Source: Candidatus Iainarchaeum sp.
Lineage (GTDB): Archaea > Iainarchaeota > Iainarchaeia > Iainarchaeales > JAZDEL01
Length of the DNA: 32,000 bases
Reading direction: 5' to 3'
Assembly: GCA_043808785.1 (NCBI GenBank)
Contig: JAZDEL010000001.1
Coordinates: forward strand, 150,001 to 182,000
Below, piece by piece: positions 6,957-14,688 of this stretch (positions within the stretch are counted from its first letter, which is position 1; every line of letters starts with the position of its first letter). The notes under the pieces were generated by a model. It saw only the letters and a list, made by a program, of their open reading frames with translations. It was not told where the DNA came from and ran no database searches. A program made the translations under genes and the position numbers.

Positions 6957-7227
6957 GGAGGCTTAACGCCTCCTCAACTCCCAAAGAATGAAGAAATAAG
7001 TCAGCAAGGAAGAAAATGAATACCTCCTCCCTATTTTGCCTATCGGCAAAATGGGGCGCATTCGGGCTTCCCTATTTGGCTTCTGCCAAATGGGCGCAAT
7101 TGGGCAATGCCCAATTCGCGGTGCCCGAATAGCGTGCCTTTTGTCTCCCCCGCCTTGCGGGGGTTTTACGGGTGCAGCGTAAGCCGCCTTGGGCGCCATT
7201 GCCATGCGCACGGCGTAAGCCGTTTTT
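6957..7227 (+). repeat. intergenic array of GC-rich hairpins (copy 1 of a two-member element family)
   Basis: Hairpins at 6957-6973, 7029-7056, 7071-7094, 7098-7116 and 7147-7163. gcgtaagccg occurs twice (7177-7186, 7213-7222), the second followed by T5. Confidence 0.6.
7060..7130 (+). ncRNA. candidate structured element: closing helix P1 around two hairpins (three-way junction-like), copy 1
   Basis: P1 attcgggc (7060-7067) pairs with gcccgaat (7123-7130). H2 is cctatttggc-ttct-gccaaatggg; H3 is aattgggc-aat-gcccaatt. Covaries with the copy at 28230-28301. Confidence 0.4.
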
Positions 7228-7280
7228 GGATGAACAAAACCTTTAAATTTGCGGGTTGCGTTATCGGCTAAGGTGGGAAA

Positions 7281-7688
7281 ATGTTTGGTAAAATGCACAT
7301 AATGAACCCCCCCGTGAAAAAGCTCCCCAAAAAACTTTTTGTTGTCGATGTTGGCACTGACCCCGCTGATTATATGGGCCATTTTTTTGATAAGCTTTTC
7401 GGAAAAATAAGGGCCGGGCACATTCTCGAGCCTAAAGGGGCACTAACCATAAAATCCGAAGATTTGGACTGCCTCAAGGGTGTTGAAGCAGCAGCGAGAA
7501 CAGCGGGGCTTGCGGTAAAAATCCCGCCCCGCGCTGCCAGCAAGGCGGAATTGGCGCAGTGGGGCGGCATGGAAAATTTTCCCCTAACGAAAGAGATGGC
7601 GAAACACAAGCAAATCTACATTCTCGAAATCAGCGCCGAGAAAGTCAAACCCGGGCATACGGTCCACGTCGAAAAATGGTACCGCTGA
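7281..7688 (+). CDS. hypothetical protein (135 aa)
   Basis: ATG preceded by aaggtggg (7270-7277) and tttaaatt (7242-7249). Ordinary soluble-protein composition, no recognised motif. Confidence 0.55.
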   Translation: MFGKMHIMNPPVKKLPKKLFVVDVGTDPADYMGHFFDKLFGKIRAGHILEPKGALTIKSEDLDCLKGVEAAARTAGLAVKIPPRAASKAELAQWGGMENFPLTKEMAKHKQIYILEISAEKVKPGHTVHVEKWYR

Positions 7689-7751
7689 ACCCCGCCCTCA
7701 GACGCTTAACGCAAGCCGCAGTTTTGGTTTTCTTGCGCACCTTGCACAGGA

Positions 7752-8795
7752 TTACTTCACGCACTTTCCGGCTTCACAGCGTGTGCAGCCGCTTATGCTT
7801 GCCACTGGCACAGAAACCTCTGTGCAGCTCTCCCTTCTCTCGCCGTAGAATCCCGTGGCGCAAACATACTCTACGATCTTGTTCACGCCGCCCTCGATTG
7901 TGCAGTAATCCCTGAACGAGCGCGCGTTCACGCTCTTCCCGCTGTTCGTGTCCCAGTGGTCAACGCAGCTTCCCGCCTTGAAATAGTTCTGGTCGTCGCT
8001 GTCGCTGCAAGGCCACGCTATCACAAGGTCGTTGCAGCATCCTGTGGCTTCGGTGGAATATATGTAATCTTCGGGTATCAGGCAGGTATTTGCGTCCACC
8101 ATCGGGCTGCCGTCCTTTCCCACCTGCAGCATGCAGTTGCAGTCGAAATCCCCGCGCTCGCAGTTCGCAACGCACCCGTCCCCCGGGCTGCAGGTTGCGC
8201 CCTCTATGCAAAGCGCCTCAAAGGGGCAGCATTCCTTCGTGTCCGAGGCGGGAAGGAACTTCCTTGTGCATGCGCTCCCATCTTCACACAACTTGCCGTG
8301 GCTCTCCTTGCACGCCCTGTAAACGCACGCTTCGGAACAGCAGTTAGTGCTGTCCGAGGCGGAAATAAGCCTGCCGTTGCATAATTGGCCCGTGCCGCAT
8401 ATGCTACCCTTGCGCTCCTTGCATGTCTGGAGTTCGCAGCCGCCCTTTACGCACTTCTTGTTCGGGTCGCAGTCGGCATTGGTTTTGCACGCCTCGAGCG
8501 GCACGCACTTGCCCTGCAGGCACTTCTGGCTGGCCAGGCACTTCACATCCTGCTGGCACGTGGCACAGTCCTCGCCCTTTTCGATAATCCCGTTTCCGCA
8601 CAAAGGCGCCTGCACTTCGGTGCCTGTGCCGTTTCCGCCCCGCCCTCCGCAGTCCTGCGGGCAGGTAAGGCTGCTCTCCATAATGCGGTTGCATATCTTG
8701 TCCCCGCATTCAGCCTCAAGTTCGGCGCAGCCGCTGAGCATCACAACCGCAGCCGCGGCGGCAAAAAACGCCAGGGCAAACAAATACGCGCGCAT
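7752..8795 (-). CDS. secreted Cys-rich lipoprotein
   Basis: Signal peptide with lipobox (MRAYLFALAFFAAAAAVVMLSGC). More than 40 Cys, including a CGNGIIEKGEDC-type repeat. The start is moved to ATG 8795, which lies 28 nt from the TATA centre at 8823. The ATG at 8810 is too close to the TATA. Confidence 0.75.
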   Translation of the reverse strand: MRAYLFALAFFAAAAAVVMLSGCAELEAECGDKICNRIMESSLTCPQDCGGRGGNGTGTEVQAPLCGNGIIEKGEDCATCQQDVKCLASQKCLQGKCVPLEACKTNADCDPNKKCVKGGCELQTCKERKGSICGTGQLCNGRLISASDSTNCCSEACVYRACKESHGKLCEDGSACTRKFLPASDTKECCPFEALCIEGATCSPGDGCVANCERGDFDCNCMLQVGKDGSPMVDANTCLIPEDYIYSTEATGCCNDLVIAWPCSDSDDQNYFKAGSCVDHWDTNSGKSVNARSFRDYCTIEGGVNKIVEYVCATGFYGERRESCTEVSVPVASISGCTRCEAGKCVK

Positions 8796-8817
8796 GAACC
8801 AATAATACATTTATTGT

Positions 8818-8828
8818 TATATATAAAT
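8818..8828. promoter_or_regulatory. TATA-rich box tatatataaat in a divergent intergenic region
   Basis: 28 nt upstream of the minus-strand ATG 8795. Confidence 0.35.
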
Positions 8829-8960
8829 GTGTACATTCGGTAGTTTATAGCACGTAGCAGAAAGCTTCTGCCCTCAGATAGGGGATGAATGCTGCGCACA
8901 CCTATGAGATGCCTTGTTTGTTCTGGCAAATCCTTCTTCTGAAAGGCATTGGGCACATCC

Positions 8961-9797
8961 ATGTTGCGAGGCGAGTGTGCCCTGTGTTGCTTAAAAGGAT
9001 TTCGGGGGAAACAATATCTTGGGCTAGTGAACGAAATGCTTTTTCGTGAAATAATAGAAGCGCTGCTGGGGGAGTACCAAGGCGACATCAGCATAGAGAA
9101 AGACATTGAAACGTTGTCTGATGAAGAGCTGTTCAAGAAGATTATTTCCCAGATTCTGCAGCAGGGTAGGAAGGCCAGTGGCGTAACCACTACTCTGGAC
9201 AAAATAGAAAAAGACCCTGCGTTCAAGGGCTGGCGCCCAGAAACATTCTGTTCCGACAGCGGGAAAGATATTCTGAAGAAATACGTGGACAAGACTGGGA
9301 AAACCCCAAAAACAAGGCTGATACTTGAAAGTGCGAAGCAGATTTCAAAAATAGGCGTAAAGGAATGGGTTAACGCCCTCAAAGATGGCAAGGCATATAT
9401 CGGCAAAAAAAGCAGGGACGATTTTCTGAAGGAGAGAGGGTTCTTCGAGTTCATCCCGATTGACAGATATTATCCGCCGTTCCTTGCCAAGACAGGGCTA
9501 CTTTTCTATTACGCCAAGAAAAAGCCGAAAACAAACATGGCAATTCTTTTGCTGGGTTTGGGGCGCGAGGGGTACAACGGATACCGGCAGATGATGCTTG
9601 ACATGATAGGGGATGAATTGAAGGGGCTCAAGCTGAAGGGTCTTTATTTGTCGGAGAACCCTGGGCTCGTGGACAAGCTCATATGGAGGCACTGCGCAAA
9701 AAAGCCGTACGCCAAGGAGATATGCACGAATACGGATCCGCACTGCGGCATATGCAAGCTTAATCATCTGTGTTTGTTTGCAAAAAGCCAGTTATGA
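8961..9797 (+). CDS. divergent HhH-GPD superfamily (EndoIII/MutY-like) protein with a [4Fe-4S] cluster loop
   Basis: C-terminal CTNTDPHCGICKLNHLC equals the C-x6-C-x2-C-x5-C FeS cluster loop of EndoIII. IISQILQQGRK resembles the L.S.ILLQQT helix, and IPIDRYYPPFLAKTGLL resembles VDTHV.RV..RLGL. Start uncertain: TTG 8949, ATG 8961 or ATG 9036. Confidence 0.55.
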   Translation: MLRGECALCCLKGFRGKQYLGLVNEMLFREIIEALLGEYQGDISIEKDIETLSDEELFKKIISQILQQGRKASGVTTTLDKIEKDPAFKGWRPETFCSDSGKDILKKYVDKTGKTPKTRLILESAKQISKIGVKEWVNALKDGKAYIGKKSRDDFLKERGFFEFIPIDRYYPPFLAKTGLLFYYAKKKPKTNMAILLLGLGREGYNGYRQMMLDMIGDELKGLKLKGLYLSENPGLVDKLIWRHCAKKPYAKEICTNTDPHCGICKLNHLCLFAKSQL

Positions 9798-9833
9798 ACG
9801 CAAACGTTCGCGGAGATAATTGCTTCGCTGATA

Positions 9834-10199
9834 TCAGTTGCGGACAGGTAAGAGTTGAAAAAGAGAGGACAACATATTAGTTAGAAAGTCTTTGTTCAGT
9901 AGAAAGGATACCAAAAAACAAAAAACGAATAAGGCGGCCATAACGCATCTTGCGAAATTCCAAGAATATATTATTTGATTGTCGGAGTAACCTTTGGGCG
10001 AAGCCCCCCATTTATCGCCATAATGGTCTTCCGCCCACACAGTGGCTCCCAGAAAAAAGAGGGCACCGATGGGCGCAATAAATTGCAACTGAAAATGCCC
10101 TGACGCGAAGGTCAAGATAAGTATCAATACTGCAAACCAAGCCGTGAGCTCACCGGGGCTGTTAGGGCGCAATTTGCCGAGAGGAGGATTAACATTCAT
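9834..10199 (-). CDS. small membrane protein (121 aa, about 3 TM)
   Basis: ATG start with hydrophobic helices (WFAVLILILTFA, IAPIGALFFLGATVW, VMAALFVFCFLVSFLL). Lies in the low-GC patch. Confidence 0.5.
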   Translation of the reverse strand: MNVNPPLGKLRPNSPGELTAWFAVLILILTFASGHFQLQFIAPIGALFFLGATVWAEDHYGDKWGASPKGYSDNQIIYSWNFARCVMAALFVFCFLVSFLLNKDFLTNMLSSLFQLLPVRN

Positions 10200-10256
10200 A
10201 CTAACGCTCTAAAGCTAATTGTTTAAAAACGGCGCACCGGAAACGCACCCTGAACA

Positions 10257-10265
10257 CATATATAA
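10257..10265 (+). promoter_or_regulatory. TATA box atatataaa for tnpB
   Basis: Centre is 28 nt upstream of ATG 10289. Confidence 0.35.
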
Positions 10266-10288
10266 ACGCCAAAACGCAAATATAACTG

Positions 10289-11512
10289 ATGCAGCTCATA
10301 AAAACAATAAAGGTAAAGATACACAAGCCGACAAAGGTAAAGGCACGGCTGATGCATCTCATTCACGAGAATGCCCTATTGCTAAATCAGTATGCGGGGC
10401 TGATTCAGAAACACAAAACTGCCTCGAAGGCGGAGCTTCACAGGCTCACTTACAAAACACTGCGGGAAACATCCAAGCTTCCATCGGCAATAATCCAGAC
10501 CGCCCGCGATAAGGCAATAGAAGCGCACAAATCCTATCGCGGCAGGGTAAAACGCAAAATGAAAGCAAGTCCGCCAGCCTTCGGCAAAAACGCGCCTGTG
10601 CGCCTTGACAGCAGAACGCTTCAAATAAGAGAAACTGGCAACAAAATCAAATACTTTGCCTCGCTTGCAACAAACGGTGAAAGGGTTCACGTGCCCCTGC
10701 TCGGGCACCGATACCAGCATAAATATCTTGCAATGCTGGTGCGCGGCGAGTTGCAGATGGGGGCGGCAGAGCTTCTGAGAAAAGGAGATGATTTTTACAT
10801 TTACCTCACAGTGAAGAAGGAAGCCGCACCTTGTGCGGCTAATGAAAGTGCAACGCCGATTGCAGTAGATTTGGGGCTTGTGAACCTCTCAACTTCCGTG
10901 ATTTTGAGAGGCGGCAAGCCTACAAACATAACTTTCCACAGGGGCGGAAATGCGATAAGAATGCGAAATCACTTTGCCGCATTCCGCGCCTCGCTGGGAA
11001 AGGCAAAAAAGCTCTGGAGAATAAAATCCGCAAAAAGAAAGGAGCAGCGCTGGATGCGAGACCTCAACCATAAGATATCTTCGGCAATAGTCAGGCAGGC
11101 AAGCAGCGTGGCAAATCCCGTGATAGTGCTGGAGCGGCTAAAATACATAAGGCGAAAAATAAACTATTCAAGGAAAATGAACATGCTGCTACACGGGTGG
11201 AGTTTTGCCCAGCTCCAGAGTTTCATAGCGTACAAAGCCGCTTGGGCAGGCATTCCAGTGGCTTATGTAAAGGCCGACTACACCAGCCAATGCTGTAGCA
11301 AATGCGGGCACACTGAGAAGGCAAACAGAAAAGGAAGAATTTTCAGGTGCAGGAAATGTGGTTATGCGCTGAATGCAGACCTGAACGCGGCAATCAATAT
11401 TGGGGGGAGATACAAAACCTTTGCATCGGGCTATATGCCGGATGTAATGGGCGACGTGGCAGCGCCCTTAGCCTTGGAGGCAATCGCTTACCAGGGAAGC
11501 CTGCGCCTTTAG
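10289..11512 (+). CDS. tnpB: TnpB (IS200/IS605 OrfB) RNA-guided endonuclease family protein, apparently intact
   Basis: RuvC-I IAVDLGLVN, RuvC-II VIVLERL, zinc finger CSKCGH..x..CRKCGY, RuvC-III NADLNAAINIG. 407 aa. Confidence 0.9.
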   Translation: MQLIKTIKVKIHKPTKVKARLMHLIHENALLLNQYAGLIQKHKTASKAELHRLTYKTLRETSKLPSAIIQTARDKAIEAHKSYRGRVKRKMKASPPAFGKNAPVRLDSRTLQIRETGNKIKYFASLATNGERVHVPLLGHRYQHKYLAMLVRGELQMGAAELLRKGDDFYIYLTVKKEAAPCAANESATPIAVDLGLVNLSTSVILRGGKPTNITFHRGGNAIRMRNHFAAFRASLGKAKKLWRIKSAKRKEQRWMRDLNHKISSAIVRQASSVANPVIVLERLKYIRRKINYSRKMNMLLHGWSFAQLQSFIAYKAAWAGIPVAYVKADYTSQCCSKCGHTEKANRKGRIFRCRKCGYALNADLNAAINIGGRYKTFASGYMPDVMGDVAAPLALEAIAYQGSLRL

Positions 11513-11740
11513 GTGCGGAATGATGTCACATATAAACCTATTTTCCCCGTGCCTAGGAAAACCCCGCACGGGTTCCAGCCCTGCGTAAGCCCCGTTTTTT
11601 ATTGCCTCTGCATTTGGCGCACCCTTGCATGTAACCCCCTGTTTGCCCCTGCCCGCGAAAACCTCGCTTTTTATTGCTTTTGCACCATAATGCAATCGTT
11701 AAAAAACCGAAAAAATGAACAGAAAAAAAGGAGGGTTTTC

Positions 11741-12502
11741 ATGATTGTCGAACTGCTGTTTTCCGGATTTGTTTTCCTGATTGTAATCCTTGTCGCCATG
11801 CTCCTGCTCGGCCTAAGGCTCCTTTACCAGTACGAGCGCGGCGTGCTTTTCACGCTGGGAAAATTCACGGGCGTAAAGAACCCGGGCCTGATATGGATAA
11901 TCCCCCTGGTGCAGAGCATGAGGAAAATGGACATGCGCATAAAGACCGCGGACATACCAAGGCAGGAAGTCATAACCAAGGACAACATACCGATACTCGC
12001 GAACACCGTGGTTTATTTCAGGGTCGAGAGGCCGGAGGATGCGGTTATTAAGATTGAGGATTTCGAGTACGCGGTGAAGCAGTTTACCCAGGCCGCGCTT
12101 AGGGATGTTGTGGGGAACTCCGAACTCGATTTTGTGCTCACGGAGAGGGAGAAGATTGCGGACAGCACAAAGAAGATTGTCGATGCGGAAACTTCGGGCT
12201 GGGGCGTTGACATCGAGGCAATAAAGATACAGGAGATTGAACTGCCCGCGGAAATGAAGCGCGCAATGGCGAAGCAGGCGGAAGCGGAGAGGGAAAGGCG
12301 CGCGGTAATAATTTCGGCTGAAGGGGAACTGAAGGCTTCGGAGAACCTGAAGAAAGCGGCGGACAACCTTGCAAAGAGCCCTTTTGCCGTGCATTTGAGG
12401 ACGCTGCAGACGATAAGGGACATCGCTGCCGACCCTTCGGAGAAGATAGTGCTCTTCCTGCCCTCGGACATAGGCGAAGGGCTGAAGAAAATCCTTAAGT
12501 AG
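11741..12502 (+). CDS. SPFH/band-7 (stomatin/prohibitin-like) membrane protein
   Basis: N-terminal TM followed by the SPFH core (YERGVLFTLGKF.., ..DNIPILANTVVYFRV.., ..WGVDIEAIKIQEIELPAEMKRAMAKQAEAERERRA). ATG 11741 is preceded by aggaggg. The upstream part of the track ORF is non-coding. Confidence 0.9.
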   Translation: MIVELLFSGFVFLIVILVAMLLLGLRLLYQYERGVLFTLGKFTGVKNPGLIWIIPLVQSMRKMDMRIKTADIPRQEVITKDNIPILANTVVYFRVERPEDAVIKIEDFEYAVKQFTQAALRDVVGNSELDFVLTEREKIADSTKKIVDAETSGWGVDIEAIKIQEIELPAEMKRAMAKQAEAERERRAVIISAEGELKASENLKKAADNLAKSPFAVHLRTLQTIRDIAADPSEKIVLFLPSDIGEGLKKILK

Positions 12503-12616
12503 GGTGCCCCGATGCCAAGGCACATATGCGGAGCGCCGGCTATGGTTGCTGCGGTTGCCTGCCTGCAGGCACGTGCTTCCTTTTTGCCCGGGCGCAATTG
12601 CGCGGAGGTTTCCTGA

Positions 12617-13282
12617 ATGCTCGACCATAAGGAGCGCTATCTCCAGATTGCGTTCAACCACGACCTTGCTTCCGTGCGCAGGATACTTCCGAGGCTCCCG
12701 CGGAATGAAAGGATTCTGGTTGAGGCGGGCACGCCCTTCATAAAGCGCTACGGCTTCCAGGGCATAAGGGAAATCGCAGGGCTCTGGGGAGGGATGGTCG
12801 TGGCGGACCTGAAAACCGCGGACGGCGCCGCGGAGGAAGTTGAGTTGGCGCGCGCCTCGGGCGCATCAGCAGCAACAGTGCTCGGCTGCGCGCCCGTGGA
12901 AACAATCGACCTGTTCATACGGAAATGCGCCGAACTCGGAATGGATTCCATGGTTGACATGCTGGGTGTCGAAGAGCCGCTCAGGGTGCTGATGAACCTG
13001 AAAAAGCCGCCTGCCGTCGTTGTCCTGCACAAGGGCAGGGATGAGGAAACCACAAGGGGCAAGGTCATAAAGTACAAGCACATAAACAAGATAAGGAGCA
13101 AGTGCGATGTGCTGATTTCCGCTGCGGGGGGCATAGATTTGAAGGAGGCAAGGAGCGCGATTTTCAACGGCGCGAACATTGTAGTGGCAAATCTTGTTTC
13201 CGCGCAGGACCCCTGGACGGGGATAAGGTACGACAGCGATGTCACGAAAATGGCCGAGCAGTTCCTTAGGACTATTGAGTGA
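12617..13282 (+). CDS. OMP-decarboxylase-fold protein, 3-hexulose-6-phosphate synthase (HPS/KGPDC)-like
   Basis: YLQIAFN....VEAGTPFIKRYG...VVADLKTADGAAEEVELA..GASAATVLG pattern typical of the HPS family. GGAGGT SD at 12604-12609. Confidence 0.55.
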   Translation: MLDHKERYLQIAFNHDLASVRRILPRLPRNERILVEAGTPFIKRYGFQGIREIAGLWGGMVVADLKTADGAAEEVELARASGASAATVLGCAPVETIDLFIRKCAELGMDSMVDMLGVEEPLRVLMNLKKPPAVVVLHKGRDEETTRGKVIKYKHINKIRSKCDVLISAAGGIDLKEARSAIFNGANIVVANLVSAQDPWTGIRYDSDVTKMAEQFLRTIE

Positions 13283-13318
13283 GTGCAATGGAATTCCGCT
13301 GGCGCAATAGAATGAACG

Positions 13319-13326
13319 TTTAAATA
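13319..13326 (+). promoter_or_regulatory. TATA box tttaaata for the ATPase gene
   Basis: Centre is about 27 nt upstream of ATG 13349. Confidence 0.35.
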
Positions 13327-13348
13327 CCAGAATGCACATAGTTCTGGC

Positions 13349-14644
13349 ATGGCAATGGAATTAGGCAAGGAGAATTCCATAATAGGCCGCGACTCATCCG
13401 CAATAGAGAAGCACGGCGAGAAGGGCACTGCTTACATAGGCAAGGTTGTGATGAGCGCGGGGGAACATCCCGTGCTGGGGAGGAAGGTGCTTTGTGATAT
13501 TGCCCAGCCCCACGTCATGCTTATCTGCGGCAAGCGCGGGGGCGGAAAAAGTTATAGTCTTGCAGTCCTGCTCGAAGAATTCGCGCGCCAGCCCCTTGAA
13601 ATACGGCGCAGGCTTTCGGTTATTGCAATAGATACGGTGGGAATTTTCTGGACCCTGAAGGTTCCGAACAAGGCCGAGGCAAAGGAACTCGAGCGCTGGG
13701 ATTTGAAGCCCGCGGCAACGGATGTAAGGGTTCTGGTTCCCGAGGGCAAATTGGATTTTTACAAAAAAAAGGAAATTCCTGTGGATGGTTCGTTCACGAT
13801 AAAAACCTCCGAGCTCGACATCACGGAATGGCTGGCGCTTTTCAAGTTAACCTGGAAGGATGCGGAGGGAATACTCCTCACGCGCATCATTGAGGAACTC
13901 AGGGAAAAAATGGGCGCTCTTTTCGGGATTGAGGACCTCATTGCAGCTGTGCGTAAGGATAAAGAAAGCGACTTGCTTACCCGGCAGGCTCTTGCGAACC
14001 GCCTCGGCATTTCGAAGGAGTGGGGCATTTTCAGGAAGCAGGGGATGAAAATAAGGGATATTGTGAATCCGGGGCAGATTACTGTGATAGACGTTTCCGC
14101 ATACAGGCAGGCTTTGGGAATGGAGGGCACGCGCGACATTATTGTGGGGCTGCTCGCGAAAAAACTTTTCGAGGAGCGCATGCTTTACCGCAAGGAGGAG
14201 GAAGTTCGTCTTGTGAAAGGGCTGAAAAGGGAGAGCGATATGCCCATAATTTGGATGCTCATAGATGAGGCGCATTTGTTCATGCCGCGGGACGAGGAGA
14301 ACATTGCCCTCAGCGCGCTGCTTGAGTGGATAAGGGTCGGCAGGCAGCCGGGGCTCAGCCTTGTGCTTGCAACACAGCGCCCCAACAGGCTGCATCCCGA
14401 TTCAATCTCGCAGTGCGACCTTTTCATTTCACACCGCATGACTTCACAGCCCGACATAGAGGCTGTTTCTCAGCTGCGCCCGAGTTACATGCACCAGGAT
14501 TTCGGAAAATATTACCAGGAAATGCCGCGCGAGAAGGGCTTTGCCCTCGTGCTTGACGACAACACCGAAAAACTTTGGCTGATAAAAACAAGGCCAAGGT
14601 TCTCGTGGGACGGGGGAGTAACGGCTAGTGTGTTTGCTGACTAG
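13349..14644 (+). CDS. HerA/DUF87-like P-loop ATPase (FtsK-HerA superfamily)
   Basis: Walker A LICGKRGGGKS, Walker B WMLIDEAHLF, and ATQRPNRL...SQCDLFISHRM typical of HerA-type ATPases. No NurA-like gene is adjacent. Confidence 0.75.
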   Translation: MAMELGKENSIIGRDSSAIEKHGEKGTAYIGKVVMSAGEHPVLGRKVLCDIAQPHVMLICGKRGGGKSYSLAVLLEEFARQPLEIRRRLSVIAIDTVGIFWTLKVPNKAEAKELERWDLKPAATDVRVLVPEGKLDFYKKKEIPVDGSFTIKTSELDITEWLALFKLTWKDAEGILLTRIIEELREKMGALFGIEDLIAAVRKDKESDLLTRQALANRLGISKEWGIFRKQGMKIRDIVNPGQITVIDVSAYRQALGMEGTRDIIVGLLAKKLFEERMLYRKEEEVRLVKGLKRESDMPIIWMLIDEAHLFMPRDEENIALSALLEWIRVGRQPGLSLVLATQRPNRLHPDSISQCDLFISHRMTSQPDIEAVSQLRPSYMHQDFGKYYQEMPREKGFALVLDDNTEKLWLIKTRPRFSWDGGVTASVFAD

Positions 14645-14657
14645 CCCGAATAAAACA

Positions 14658-14665
14658 TTTTTTAA
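14658..14665 (+). promoter_or_regulatory. TATA-like box ttttttaa for the methyltransferase gene
   Basis: Centre is about 27 nt upstream of ATG 14689. Confidence 0.3.
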
Positions 14666-14688
14666 CCGAAATTGGTTCAGTTATTGGT

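Larger units (their letters stand above)
10250..11700 (+). mobile_element. IS200/IS605-family element of the stand-alone tnpB (IS1341-like) type; ends not defined
   Basis: Contains only tnpB and no tnpA. The 3' flank carries a hairpin cccgtgc-(12 nt)-gcacggg (about 11557-11582) and T tracts. The boundaries given are approximate guesses. Confidence 0.4.

Noticed and set aside
6957-7227. Possible CRISPR array or C/D-box sRNA in the hairpin regions (also 28088-28391)
   Set aside because: There is no constant direct repeat at regular spacing, so it is not CRISPR. The only C-box-like strings (aatgaaga at about 6988, gtgatgt at about 28335) lack correctly placed CUGA D boxes on the same strand.
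6963-7421. 152-aa minus-strand ORF across the hairpin array
   Set aside because: It runs through back-to-back palindromes, which keep both strands open by symmetry. It overlaps the well-supported 7281-7688 gene start, and its composition (P/G/A/R/K runs) looks non-coding.
8741-9454. 237-aa minus-strand ORF
   Set aside because: The S/L/F/P-rich product is typical of the antisense of a K/E-rich gene. It overlaps both the Cys-rich lipoprotein gene start and the glycosylase-like gene, which has a specific FeS-loop motif.
11596-11684. Two copies of tttttattgcYtYtgca 73 nt apart as IS right-end or target duplication
   Set aside because: Both are T tracts that could simply be tandem terminators between tnpB and the SPFH gene. 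Without other element copies the IS boundary cannot be assigned. This is mentioned under the TnpB finding only.
11813-12661. 282-aa minus-strand ORF (and 12013-12597, 12748-13428)
   Set aside because: They are antisense to the SPFH and HPS-like genes, which have clear family signatures. The products are R/L/S-rich.
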